DNA of 64,000 nucleotides from Hormiphora californensis (taxonomy: Eukaryota; Animalia; Ctenophora), in NCBI GenBank assembly GCA_020137815.1, contig CM035359.1, forward strand, positions 4,340,001 to 4,404,000, in the 5' to 3' direction. Each line of letters opens with the position of its first letter. Positions within the stretch are counted from its first letter, which is position 1. A model generated the notes under the pieces. The model saw only the letters and a program-made list of their open reading frames with translations, was not told where the DNA came from and searched no databases. Of the stretch, positions 35,987 through 49,560 are shown piece after piece. The position numbers and the translations under genes are program-made.

Positions 35987-36490
35987 ATATAAAATTCGCT
36001 AAAATGGCAGAAAATTGCTTGGGACAGGGTAAACACGTGCTTGACCAAGTTTGAGACGGGTTATATAAGACTGTATCAGACGTCGCTGCTGTAACAGGTC
36101 TCAGACAACGTCTAGAAGGTGACTAGACGGGCTAGAGGCGACGTCTAGACGACGTCTGGACATCGTCCAGACAGTGTTGTCGCAAAGTTGAGGCAGCACG
36201 TCCGAAAATTTTAGTAACAGTTGACTTTTACAAAAAACGGGGTTCTAAAAGTCCGTCTCAACTCTTAGTAAAATTTTCAGACGTGCTGTCGGGAGTGCTG
36301 TCTCAACTTTGCGACGAAACCGTCTGGACATCGTCTGGGTACAGTTTAAAGTTTAAACACCGTCCAGACGTTGTCTGAGACCCGTGTCCCGTAGCAACGA
36401 CGTCTAATACAGTCTAAACCCGTCTCAAGCTTGATCAAGCACGTTTTTACCCCGGGTCTCAAGCCATTTTCTGCCATTTTAGCAGGTTTT
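35030..36490. mobile_element. TCTAGACG-rich repeat family fragments
   Basis: Shared blocks (AGCCATTTTCTGCCATTT, CAAGCTTGATCAA, CGTCTAGACG) at about 35060-35230, 35930-36170 and 36320-36490. Related sequence at 27840-28020. Confidence 0.6.
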
Positions 36491-36496
36491 ATGTGA

Positions 36497-36575
36497 CATG
36501 GTGGTGTAGTGGTCAGTACACTCGCCTTCCATGCGCTAGGTCAACAGGTTGGGGCCCCTGGCAGCCAATGCCACT
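36497..36575 (+). mobile_element. tRNA(Gly)-derived SINE head or tRNA pseudogene
   Basis: A-box TGGTGTAGTGG and CTCGCCTTCCATGCG anticodon-arm-like segment; the B-box is degenerate. Confidence 0.5.
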
Positions 36576-38299
36576 GAGTCTAGGTCCTGACCGCCAAACT
36601 AGATTGGTAGAGCCCTTTCGGAGGTCGCAAAAACTGCATTTTTAAACCCAAATTTTGGGTTTTGCCTGGGTGGCCCCGGGGGATTGCGAGAGAAAAAAAT
36701 TTTCCCAAAAATGGACCTTTGCTAAAAGCCATGAAAAAATGGGAATCAGCCCCCACGGCATCTTTTCCGAACACTTTTTTATGAAAAACCCGCGGGCCCG
36801 ATGCAAAAACCGTCTAGACTTTTTTGCGGAAAATAAGAAACTCCCCTCGTTTGTTTCCAGCGGCATCCAATGCAAGGGGTTTGGGGGGTAGGTGGCTGGG
36901 GGCGCCAGCCCCCCGAAATGGCCATGGTGCTTTAATTGTACTTGTAGCAGCTGGGAAAAATCTTTTTCCTTTCCCATTTCACGCAATGCAAAAAAGGGGC
37001 CCCCCAACCCCCCCAGGGCCCTTGATAGTAGGAACAAAAAACCCCAGCAAAAAATCAAAATTTTTCAAGGTCAAAAAAAAACTTTTTTGTTTTTGGGGAA
37101 GCTTTTTTTGGTTGAAATTTTTCAAAAATAAAATGTGATTAAGATTGATTTACAAAATAAACTGTATACAATGTACAAAAAAAAGTCCCAAATCGCATCT
37201 TTTTCCATAGGATATTACACTTTCTTTCCACATTTTTTTCCCCAATTGGACCCAAACCATGTCAACAAAGCTCTAAAAGGGTACAATGGTACCAAAATAC
37301 TAAAAAACCTCACATCCCAAAACAGGGACAGCAGAGTAGCTGGTACTGTCAGAAGGTTAAATTTTCCCTTTTTAAAAACACCTTATATCATTATTAAATA
37401 ACAAAACTTCGTAGGAAATTTTTGATTCAAATAGAAAGAAAAAATTTAAAAACCCCTCATAAAAAACGCGGGTTTCTTAAAAAAAAGTTAAAGCGGTTAA
37501 ATCTCCCATCCCGTTATCTTTTCCCCCCCCTCCCTATTCATACGCTCCCTTAAATTGTTGATGGGCAGATCGCTGGGAAAAACCTGTTTTTGGGGTCGTT
37601 CTGAAAAAGACAGGACCGAATTACCGGCCTTCGTAGCATCCGGTGGCCCCCAAATTTAAAACATTTTATCAAAAGCAGGCACCCCTGACCTCCTGTTGGG
37701 GGCGTTTTGAAAACCCGTGGCGTTGCCTGGGAGACGGCGCGGGGGGGGGTCTCTTCGGCCCTTTCCCCAATACAGTCATGTTGGAGTTTTTGGTAGGGGA
37801 AGCACCACTAGCCGGTTACAGCCCCTTTGTTGGCGTTTTCCGGGGAGGATCGGGGAGGGGAGGGAGACCCGGGGGGGGGATTTTTTGGCAGGGGACGTTT
37901 GTTCCGCCTCACCCCACGCGCAGCCCTTCTAAGTTTAATAGGCCCCCTGTCACGTCCCCTTCCCACTGGCGCCGCCACAATACTGTGTCTTGGGTTTTTT
38001 ATCCTCTCTTGGAGACCCCAAAAAGGGGGGACGGGGGGGGAGCTGTGAGAGTACCCCCACACACACGTTTATTCCCAACAGCTCTGAAATCCCCTAATTT
38101 TAAAAATTTCCCTTTTTTACACCCCGGTGTATGTCTCGAGGACTAAAAATCCCCAAATGGGAAAGTTTTTCCGTCGTGTGGGTGGGAAAGGACGGGGGTT
38201 TGTCACGGGCCCCCGCAGTTGTTCCCGACTTTTTTGGTCCTCATTATGTCCCAACGAGGAAAAGAAGGGATCGTGTTAAAAGGGAGGGGGAGAAAAGGG

Positions 38300-38610
38300 A
38301 GTGTTAGAATGGGAGTCATGGAGACCAAGGAAGTGTTAGAATGGGAGTCATGGGGCATGGGACCAAAAAAATTTGGGAAGGGGTTTCAGGAGCCCAAAGG
38401 ATGTTGAAGGGGAGTCATGGGAGTCGGGAAACCCAAAGGGAATTTTAAAATGGGATCATGGGAAAGGGAAATGTTAGAATGGGAGTCATGGGAGACATGG
38501 AGACCAAGGAAGTGTTAGAATGGGAGTCATGGGAGTTATGGAGACCAAGGAAGTGTTAGGATGGGAGTCATGGAGACCAAGGAAGTGTTAGAATGGGAGT
38601 CATGGGAGTC
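38300..38610 (+). repeat. About 31-40-bp tandem repeat (ATGGAGACCAAGGAAGTGTTAGAATGGGAGTC)
   Basis: Clean units at 38475-38610; noisier units upstream. Confidence 0.8.
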
Positions 38611-41600
38611 AAAATCAATAAAAATTCAAAGAGGGGGGAATAATTTACAAAACCACCTAACCGGGGGAATAGAGCCCCGGGAAAATTTTACCCGTTTACC
38701 GGGCAAAAATTTCCCCCGGTACAGTACCCGGCAAATGGGGGGGTCCACTGTTTTTAATTAACCCAAAAAAAATTTCCCCTTGGTGGTTAAACGAGAGAAT
38801 CTGCGAGAAATTTTTGAAGATCCTGTGTGATCGCCGCACATTTCTTGCCCGGGCATCGGGGGAAGAGTGCGGCAGTACCGCTGTTGGCAACTTTTACCCT
38901 TTGCGGAGGCGGAGGGAGTTTTAGGGGGGGTATTATTATTTGCGGGGTAAAGTGAGTAAATTTGTTGGATTTAAAATTGGAAGAGGGAACTGGTTGTTAC
39001 ATTCCTGGGGAACTACTACTTTGGAACTGCGAGTCCCCTCCTCGCTCGTGCTCCTCACAACCTTGTCCTTCTCCTGAGAGAGAGATAACCAAATTCCATG
39101 GGTTTCCATGGGGGTTTTAGGTAAAAAATTTTGTGGGATATTTAGGTTTATTTACAAAAACTAGACCCGTGCTTCAACTCATCGCCAAAGGGTTTAAATA
39201 GAGAAAACTTTACTTTACAAAAAGTATTTTTTCTTTTCACGCAGAAAAAAATAACTCGCGAGAATTCAAAACTGTATTATATGGGAGCCGTGTTTTATAC
39301 TTGGCAGTGCTAGATTAACCCCCTGCAAAAAAATCAGAAAAAACAAAGTCCGCGAAAAAAAAAACCAAGGTAATACCCAAAATGTTGGCAAAAGAGAGAT
39401 TTTGAATGGAAAAAGAGATTCAAGAGGGGTGACATAAAAAAAGGGATTTTTTAAGGCTGCCAAAAAGGGCATTTTGGGCCGCGGGTTGCTATGGAAACCT
39501 TGGCGATCTTCGCGTTTCCAAAACAACCGAAAAAAACTCAGCTGAGTTCACAGCGGCATGGAAAAATTTAATGATTTCTTAATACCTTTACGGAGGGGGA
39601 GGCCGGGTTTTTTTAAAAATTTTCCCTTTTTAGATCTTCAATTTACTTTTGGATGGAAAGTATCTTCTGTATTCGTACTGGCTCGTTTTAACGTTTTAAA
39701 ATTCTAGAAAGGGGGGCCGGGAAGAGCAAATTTTTATTTGGGCCACAGAATAAAAAACGATTCAAAAAAGATTAACAAAATCATAATTGTTTTTTTAAAC
39801 AGGAAAATACACATTAATTCCCCTCGGAATTACGATGATGGGTTGAATTGGGGCCGGTTTTTTCAACTGTATGAAAAAAACGGGGATGTTTTTGTCGACA
39901 CTCCAAGCCCGTTCGAACTCTAAAAACCCGGGTTTTTGAAATTTAAAAATTTTTCAAAACTATTTCTCAAATAATTAATTAAAAGGGGGGGGGGAATTTG
40001 GAAAAATTTACAGGGGGGTCCCCCCCAACGCCGTAGGTAGGGGGTCAACCCCAATTTGGGAAGACACCACTTCACAAAAGTAAAAATTGACGATTTCGGA
40101 TTCAAATTGGTTCCATGAAATCTAAATTTTCCCCTTTAAAATGTTCAAACCCCTCCGGAAAAAATTGTTTGGGCCGCCGTGTGGAAAAACAAAAAATGTT
40201 TCTTCCCAAATTTATCAACATTGACGGGTTTTTTCTAAGGGGGTGAAGTTTAAGGGGTGGTAAGTTGTAGGGGGAATAAAAACGGGCTTTGGGGGAACGG
40301 CACAAAAGGGAATTTCAAAATAACAAAGTTTCCTTGTTGGGTTTTTAGGGTGGGGTTATTACTTATTTTTTTTGGGTTTAAACCTTAAAACTAAATTTAC
40401 TTTAAAAAAACATGGGTTTCGACCCCCCGGATCCCGGTTCCCCCCCCCCCCCACTCAATTGTCGCCCATTTTTGGTTTCATTAAAAAACCTTTATGTTTT
40501 GGGGGGGGTTTCCACGGGGGGTTATTCCCCCCTCGAAGGGGGGGGTCAAAACAAAAAACCAATTGTTTGTAACCCCCCCTTTTTGGGGAAAAGTGAGTGA
40601 AATAAGGGAAACGGGTAAACCCGGGAACAAAAGGGGGCAACTAAACGTATTTTTTGTGATGTCATCAAAAGACGGTCCCCTTCCCCGGGACACTCCCCAA
40701 TCTTGGGAAATTGGAATTTGTTTCTTTTAAAAAAACCCCCCCTCGCTGATTCTCAACTGGGTTGGAAACTAGCCTTGGAAAACCCCCTTTGGGTTCACCA
40801 AGAAGAAGAAAAAACTTTAGATCAAATTTCCCGGGGGGGAATATTGGACAAACCAAAAAAATTTAAAACGGGGACTGAGGGCCCTATTATATCACCTGGA
40901 CTAACTGAAAGTTTTAATTTCCCTACCCGTAGGGGGTTAAGCCCCAAACACTCAGGTTACAAAAGGAATGAATCTCATTTTTTAATTTGGACTCATTTGG
41001 GGTTCCCAGATGTCCCAACTTTTTCTAAGCATTCCGTAATACGCCCATACTTTGAAAACCCCTTTTTTTGGATTCTAAAATTAAAAAGGGGCAAAGGAAT
41101 TGAATATTGGGTTTAGGGTTGGGGGGGGGAAAAAAATTAGGGCCCCAGGGGCCCAACGGTTTTAAATCGATGGGGCCCCTTGGTGGCCATCAAAACCCCC
41201 CCCAAATGCATCTCTTTTTAAAAAAAGCGAAAAAACAACGACCCGGGCGGAGTCCCCGTAAATTTTTTCTCAGGGGCCGACAATCGTCATCGAACGAATG
41301 CACCCCCCAAACCATTCTTTGGTTTTTTCGCTTAAAATTTAACCCTACCTGGGAAATTTAAAAGGGGGGTTATTTGTGATTCTCTGAAAGGGGTTTTGGG
41401 GGGGGGAGAAACCCTTTCGGGTTTGTTTCCGTCGTCTAAAGGTTCTCTAACCCCAAAGGAGAAACGCGCGAAATTCTATTTTCCTCACTCGCTCCGGTGT
41501 GCTGGGGTTTAAAATTAGAAACCCGGGGGGTTTTGCATTTAGGAGAGGGAAAGGAAGGATATTTTTTAAATAATGTAGGCAAAAAGGGGGGTAAAAAAAC

Positions 41601-44600
41601 ACTCTTCCGTGGGCTCGAGGGGGAAGCAATTTTAAAAAAAAGGAAAAAAAAGGGGGAGGGGCCCCAAAAAAAGGTTTATTTTTCTTAGGGAAAAGAGAAA
41701 GAGGGTCTAGTAAGGCCACAAAAATGGGGGTAATGAAAAAACCCCCAAAACCCAAACCCTTTTTTCCCTTTAAGGGGTCCAATTTTCCTAGTTTCCCCCA
41801 AATATTAAAATGGGGGGGAGTAAAAAACCTAAAACCCGAAATTCTTTGGGGGGGGGAATTAGCAATTCTTTTGATTTTCCTAAGGGGGGGGGTTTTTGGG
41901 GGTTTATTTTTGGGGGGGTTTTGGGGGGGTTTGGGGGTTTTTTTTGGGGGTGGGGGGTTTTTTTTTTGGGGGTTTTTTTGGGGGGGGGGGGGGGGGGGGG
42001 GGTTAGCTCAAAATTTAAATAACATTTCGAGTCATGAAAAAAAATTTTCCCCCGATAAAATTTATATAAAGAAAACGTCACGTAAAATAGGAGTTTTTAT
42101 TTTGTAATCGATGATTTCCGGTGAGATTAAAGGAAATTACCGGGTTGGAAATTAAAGGGGCATTTATCGGGTTTACTCATAGCGGAGGCCCCCTTGGTAT
42201 GTTGCAAAATTTGTGGTTTTTTTAAAAATTTTTTACTCTGTTTTATCGGGTTTAAAAAAACTAAAAAGGGCCCTTTTTTTAAATAAAGGTCTGAAAAAAT
42301 TTTAATAGCTGCAGGGCAGTCGGGGGGGTTTTAAATACCTTTTTCAGAAAAGCAATTTTTCCAAAAGGGTTATTCCTTTTCGGGTAATGAGAACTCGGCA
42401 AAAAGGCCGGCCGTTTTAAATCTCTTTTTTACTCATCGATTCGTCCTATGAAGACATATCAATGAGATTGGGATATATGTAGATACTGACCAAAAACGAT
42501 GAATACCCAAATCCCAACAGGTTTCTTCTTTCCAAAACAGTAAATAATTAAACAAAAAGGGATTTAGTTTTTACGAACCGGGGCAAATTTCGGGGGCCCC
42601 CAAGGCGGGTTCTCATCGCTAACTTTCTGGTTGGGGTCATGGGGGATGGGTATACTGGCGTAGGGTGGACGCCCGACCCCGCATCTTTCCTGGATTGGGA
42701 ACCTTTTTCCAACTTGAAACAATTTTTTTAAAATTTTTTTTTCCCCTTGTCTCCCCCTATTTTTCCAGGGCCCGGGAAAATTTTAAAAACCCAAAACTTA
42801 TAAATGATTTTTCTAGGGGGTTTATTAGTGTTCTGGGGGATCTTTTAAAGTCGGGGAAACCCATCGTAATTAAGGGTGGACGTCGGTTAAAATTAAAATT
42901 CAAAAATCGGGGGCCGGGGGGGTTTTTAAAAATTTTTAATTATTTTTTAATTATTTTTTGGTAAAGTTAACAAATCTCAGGGGGGGAACCCCGGAAAAGG
43001 GTTTTCCGAGAAATCCGTAATGGGAGAGAAGGGGGGAAGCGAGGAAGGATCGGGGAGGCTTATTGGTTTGCCTTTTTTGGCGGTTCCCGCGGGCTCTCCC
43101 GGGACATTTTTCAAACAAAAAACATTTAACTTACTATCCCCCGTGGTAATTAGCCCAACAATTGCTACCATAGAAAATTTGGGGTTTTAATTTGCTGCAA
43201 AGGGGTTTTTTAAATTGTTCAAATTGGTGACCCCAGGTTGTCAAGGGGCCAAACAAAAACAAAACCTTTTTTTCAAAACAAAAACCTTTTAACGTTACCC
43301 CCTTTTTTACAAAAGGTAATGTTTTCCCAAAAAAATCAAATTTGGGGGAGGGGTTCCCTTTTTCAAAAAAGGGAAAGGGGGCCCTTTTCAACAAATTTAA
43401 ATTTCTTAAAAGGCGGAAAGGCAATAAAATTTTTTACGGGGAAAGAATCCTGTCGGGGAAAAAAACGGATTTCTAAATTCTTGGAAAAAATGGAGAAGGG
43501 GGGAAGTAAGAGGGGAGAGAGATTTGGAGAGAAGGAAGATAAAAAATTTTCTTGATAAAAGTTTCCCAAGCTAAGAAAATAGTTTTGGGGGGTGCGACTA
43601 TAAAATTTTTGACAATTTGGGGGGAAAAGGGCCCTGAAAGAACAAAAACCTTTTCCCCCTTTTCCAAACATACCCTTTATAGCTGGAGATCTGGGGGGGG
43701 GCCCTAACCGCCGCAAAAAGGGGAATTGTTTTTGCGGGCTGGGGGGTTAAATTTCCCCCACTTTGGGCAGACCCAAAGGCATTTGGGCGGGAAGGAGGGG
43801 GGGGAAATTTGTTTTTTAAAACAAGGCAGGAGGGCGAATTTAGGGAGATAAAATTTGGGGAGAGATAAAAGGGGGTTAAGGAATTTGGGGGGGAAAAAGG
43901 GGAAGGAAAGGGAAAAGAAAATTTTTTAAGAGGGGGTGTCAAAAAAAAAAGCCAAAAATAAAATTACAGTGACAAATTTTGGGTTTTGGGCAAAGTGTGC
44001 AAAAAATACTGGGGGACAGCGCAGCTTTATTCTGCCCCCTTTTTTTTAAATAAGGGTTTTTGAATTTTTTTTTCCCAGGGAAAAAAAAATCGATTTTTAA
44101 AAGTTTTTTTGGGGGTTTTTTCAAAAACAAAGGGGGGGCTTTGGGAAGCCCAATAGTACGTAAAACGTTTTAGGGACTTTCCCACAAGAAGCCTGAAGGA
44201 ATTTTTCAGGACCCCCAAAATTAAAAGCACATAAAATTTTTGTCTAAAATTTAGGTCAGGCACCCCAAAATTGTTTGCCTTAGGGGGGGTTGGTTCCCTT
44301 CACTTAAATTACATTTTTTTAAAAATCCTGCCGTTTGGCTGGACTGAATCGCAAAAGCAAAATTTTTGGGGGTTAGAACTTCAGAAATTATTATTTCATT
44401 TCAAAAAAATACTTCATCATAATACCCAAAAAAAACAAAAAAAGGGATTCACTTGCATATACTTCAGTAAAAACTTCATTCCAAAATTTTTACGGGAAAA
44501 AGGGGGTTTTAAAATGCCTAAAAGTCCCTTAAAAGGAAAAAAAGGGGAAATGTTTCAAAATCAAAAATCTTATTTCAATAATTTTGGAAAAAAATCACAA

Positions 44601-45579
44601 AAAGGGTTAAATTTTTTCTTTAAAAAAACGCATGAAAAAAATGGGGTTAAATTCTTGTAGTCTTAAAATTTAACTCCAACCGCACTGAAAGAAAAAAACA
44701 GCCCGCACAGCAAAAAACGCAAAAATTACAACTGCAGAAGTGAAACAGCCTGCAGCAGCATAAAGGGAAAATCCCCCGGCCCGCCCTTCGGGCGGAATTT
44801 TTTAAAATCATGTGCTGAAAAAAGGGGGAAAAACAGAAAAAACGCTTTTTAAACCCCTAAAAAAAAATGGGGACAAAAACCTGCAGAAAAAAATTGGAAG
44901 TTTTAATCTTTTTTCCGGAAACGGGGTCATATTTTAAAATTTGGTTGATTTGGGCTTGAAATTTCGAGTAAAAACATGGAGATTGGAGTTTCAAAAATTT
45001 TTCCCTCAAAACCTCTACACGGGTTTCCGTGTTCAAAAAAATTTAAAAGACTTTAAAAACAGACCCACAGAACATAAAAAAACAGATCACAAAACAACAC
45101 AAAAGACACACAGGATTTGCATTAAATTTTTTTAAAAATCGAGGGCTGTAACCAGGCACGGACCAAATAATGACTGGGGCTTGGTTGTTTTTTTTGGTCC
45201 GGTGGGTTTGGGGAAAGATAGAAAAGGGTCTGACAGAGAGTTTCGATGAGAGGGAACGGGAGGGGAGTTGTTCCATTGGGGTTATTCACGAAGAGGAGTT
45301 TTTTGTCTAGGAGTGGGGGAAGGAAAGGGGACAAAAACATTTAGTTTAACAATATTTTTTGTTAATTTTTGGGAAATGATTTGTATCCGTTTTTCTTAAT
45401 TTTTTTACAAACATTAAAATTTCCCGGGAGTGTGAATTTCATTAAACAGGGGAGACGGGTGGGGGAAAAGTAAACGGGGGTTTTAAAATTTGGGAGGAAA
45501 AGGACGGGGGTTCCCAATTTGGAGTTTAAGGGTGAGGGGGTTTGAAAAAAGGGGAAAATTAAGGGCGGGCCCCCAAATT

Positions 45580-46480
45580 CCCCCCCCCTTCCCCGGGTCA
45601 TCCCCCCCTTTAACTCCCCCCCTTCCCCTTTTCCACCCTAACCCCTAACTCACCCCCCCCTTCCCTAGTCACCCTTTCCCCCCTAACTCCCCCCCTTTCC
45701 CCCGGTCACCCTTGCCCCAAACTCACCCCCTTCCCCGGGTTTAACCTGACCCCAACCCCCCCCCCCTTCCCCCAGGGGGCCTGCCTCCTAACTCACCCCA
45801 TTCCCCATTTCACCCTCCCTCCTAACCCCCCTTTTTCCCCCCGGTCCCCTCCCTCGAAAACTCACCCCCCCCCCCCCCAAGGTTTTAACCTGACCCCAAC
45901 TCACCCCCCTTCCCGGGGCATCCGGTTAACTCCCCAAATTCCTTGGGTTTTATCCTGACCCCTAACCCCAAACCCCCTTCCCCAGGTCATCCTGCCCCTC
46001 CTAAATCACCCCCTTCCCAGGTTACCCCTGCCCCCAAAACTCCCCCCTTCCCTAGGGCACCCGGGCCTCCTAACCCCCCCCTTCCCCTATTTTTTTCCCC
46101 TGCCTCCAAATCCCCCCCCTTCCCCCTTATACCTGCCTCCAAAATCACCCCCTTCCCGGGGTTTTTTCCTGCCCCCTAATTTCCCCCCCTTCCCCTGGGT
46201 TTTCCCCCCCTTTAACTCCCCCCCTTTTCCCCCAGGTCATCCTGGCCAAACAACCCCACCCCCCCTTCCCCTGGGTTAAATCCTGACCCAACTCACCCCC
46301 TTCCCTAGGATCCTGCCCCAACTCCCCCCCCTTCCCCAGGTCCCTGCCCCCAAACCCACCCCCTTCCCCAGGTAATCCGGCCTCCAACTCACCCCCCCCC
46401 GGGGGCCTTCTGACCCCTAACTAAACCCCCCTTCCCCTGGGGGAAACCTTTGCTCCTAAACCCCCCCCCTTCCCCAGGGA
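45580..46480 (+). repeat. C-rich ~32-bp minisatellite (approx. AACTCACCCCCTTCCCCAGGTCATCCTGCCTCC)
   Basis: Periodicity remains recognisable despite noise. Confidence 0.7.
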
Positions 46481-48626
46481 AAGGGGGGGGCCCCAAATTT
46501 TTTTTACTTTTTTAAAAAACAAATGTCGGGAAAATTTGACAAAAATTTGGTCCCCGCTGCAGCTGATACGATCCCCCGGATTTCCCGTTGGGCCCCTATT
46601 TAAACCCAGAGGGTTTAGTTTTAAAAACCACCCCGGGCGCGGGCCCCCCCTAGCCGGTCGGAATAAATTTAAAATTTTAAAACCCAAAAAACCAAAGGGA
46701 AAAAACTTTTTAAAACCTTATGGGGGGTCAGGGGTTTGAAAACACGTTTGGGTTTGTTCCCCCCGGGGCTCAAATGACACTCTTACATAGAGTTTATCCG
46801 GAATAGGGAAAACCCCCGGCCCCAAAAACCCATCTTTTCCCCGGGGGAGTTCCAACAACGGGTTTTGTTTTGGGGTCTTTACGACATACGGTTACGGGAA
46901 AACAAGGGCCCCCTTTTGGGAAGGGGGGGGTTCTAAGTTCGAAGAATGGGGATTGGTGACGAAATTTGTAAAGGTGAGGTAGTAATTCAAAGTTTTTAAC
47001 GATAATTATAATTACTCAAAATAGAAAAATTTATTAAGGGGGAAACCCCTTTCCGTTCAAACCCTTAATCATAATGTGCTGCCCCAAAGAACAAATCGGG
47101 GGAAAATTCTTCTTTTGGGCCCGGATTTGGGTTTTTAAAATGGCACATTTAAAATAAAAAATAAAGTTTTCCCTTAATTTAGAGTATTTTTTTATGGATG
47201 CGACAAAAAAGCATTTAAAAATTAAACAGATTTATGAAGCTTTTAAAAAGTGTAAAGAAAGTGAAGTATCTTTGAGGGAAAAATTAAAAAAATTTAAAAA
47301 CCCTTTTATAAAGCTTTTTAAAAAATTTGGGGAAGTAAAGAAGTAAAAAAGTATTTTTTCCCTAAGGTGGAAATACGGAAAAAAATCGGGCGGGCGGTTT
47401 AAAGGGGAAAATAAAAATTTTTTTAAAAATGGCAAAAAACTGAACCCTTTTTTTTCCGGTTTTTACTTTTGGGTAAAAAAATTTTTAACGAAGCGTTTTA
47501 TTTCCAATTAAAGCGAAGGCCAATTCCCCAATTTGCTTAATTTTCCCCGGTTTTCCCAAAAAAAAAAATACTTCAAAAAAACATTCACTAAGATTTTTTG
47601 AAGATTGGGGACACGAACTTTCCCATTTTTGGGAGATTTTTTTTCCCTGACCCAAATGGATAAAAAACAAAATCCCCAAAAATTGAAAAAACTTAATTAA
47701 AAAAAAAAGGGGCATATTGTTTTTGCGGGTAAAAAAATTTGTTAAATAAAAAACCCTTTGCAATTATCACGAACTGGAAAAGGGGCCCCCGGTTGGTTTG
47801 GGGGGGGGGGGGTCGGGGGGGGGGGCACAGCCCCCGCATTAAAATTCCCCAGCCCAAAACAAAACATGACTCTGAAAAAAATTAAAGTCCGGCGGGGAAA
47901 AATTCATTTTCCCCCCCCCCCAAAAGGGGGGGAATTGCATTTAAATACGGAGGGGGACAAACCCCCTTTTTGACGCCGGTTTGCCCATTTTCCCCGAAAG
48001 CAAAGGCGAGTTTAAAATTTTTGTATTTATTAATTTTAAAAATCACCTTACTTTTATTGAAAAAATTTCCCAAAGGGAAAGGTGTTTCGTTCAAAATTTA
48101 AAAAGGGGGGGCCCCAAAACCCACACCCGGGGGTACCCCACATCCATCATACAAGGAAAACCCCAAATTTTTGCAAACTTCGCCGGGAAAAAACTGCAAA
48201 AAGCTGAGCCCTGAAATTTTAAAAAATTTTGGTTCCAGCACGGGGGGTTTTAGTGGCTTAGGGCATTTTGTTTAGAGATTTAAAGGTTTTAAATTATCAA
48301 AATTTTTCAAAATGTAAAAATTTATGAATTTTCTCGTAAGGGACGCTACGGGGGAAAAACGACGGTTTCAACCGAACGCAAAAAAATTCGAAGGGGGGTT
48401 TTTTACTCGGGGCCAAATTTTTTCTTAACTTTTTACCTTAAAAGGGATTTTAATGGGGCCTAAAAAATAAAAAACCCTTAGGAAAAAAGGGGAAAGAAAG
48501 GGGGGTTTAATTGGGTCGCATTGGAGGAGAATAGTCGTTTTAGGGGGGGGGTTTCCCCCCGGAAAAAATGCCCTATATTGCCATTTTTTTTTTTTGCCCG
48601 GTTTTTTTGCTTTTGGGGGGGGCCGA

Positions 48627-49272
48627 TTCATGATTTAGTGCATATTCTGAATATTTCCACATCAGCTCGTCATAGAACGTTTTCATGGACATATTTCGAC
48701 GCAGAATGGTCGATTTATGGGGGGTCGTCCCCGGGACAAAAAGTCGTATCTCGCACCGTTTAGCCGTTATTTGCATATTTATGCGCCAATTCATGATTTA
48801 ATGCATATTCTGAATATTTCCACTTCAGCTGGTCCTAGAAAGTTTTCATGGACATATTCCGACGCAGAATAGTCGATTTATGGGGGGTCGTCCCCGGGAC
48901 AAAAAGTCGTATCTCGCACCGTTAAGCCGTTATTTGCATATTTATGCGCCAGTTCATGATTTAATGCATATTCTGAATATTTCCACTTCAGCTGGTCCTA
49001 GAAAGTTTTCATTGACATATTCCGACGCAGAATAGTCGATTTATGGGGGGTCGTCCCACGGACAAAAAGTCGTATCTCGCACCGTTTAGCCGTTATTTGC
49101 ATATTTATGCGCCAATTCATGATTTAATGCATTTTCTGAATATTTCCACTTCAGCTGGTCCTAGAAAGTTTTCATGGACATATTCCGACGCAGAATAGTC
49201 GATTTATGGGGGGTCGTCCCCGGGACAAAAAGTCGTATCTCCCACCGTTTAGCCGTTATTTGCATATTTATG
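48627..49272 (+). repeat. 163-bp satellite, 4 near-identical units
   Basis: TTCATGATTT starts at 48627, 48790, 48953 and 49116. Confidence 0.93.
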
Positions 49273-49300
49273 ATACCTGTTTACAAAAATCCTGAGAAAC

Positions 49301-49560
49301 TAGACCAAAAAACAAAGGAAATTTGTTTGGAACACCCGTGGCCTTTTGTCGATACTTGACGCTGCGGGAAATGCACCCTTCGTCAGAGCAAGACGCGAGG
49401 AAGAGTGAGAGAGAGTGTGTGTGTGTGTGTTAGAACTTGGAGAGAGATGGCACAGCGATACCTATAAGTAGCTCAGATGTTTGGGTGCATTTCCCGCAGC
49501 GTCAAGTATCGACAAAAGGCCACGGGTGTTCCAAACAAATTTCCTTTGTTTTTTGGTCTA
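49301..49560. mobile_element. MITE with perfect 78-bp TIRs
   Basis: 49301-49378 is the exact reverse complement of 49483-49560. Confidence 0.88.

Larger units (their letters stand above)
36620..48620. other. About 12-kb low-quality, homopolymer-inflated block (probable artefact)
   Basis: Abrupt switch to runs of AAAA/TTTT/GGGG/CCCC. All ORFs are K/F/G/P-rich (the homopolymer codons). Embedded tandem arrays are progressively corrupted. Confidence 0.85.

Noticed and set aside
36497-36575. Functional tRNA-Gly gene
   Set aside because: T-arm/B-box degenerate and acceptor stem imperfect; treated as a SINE head or pseudogene.
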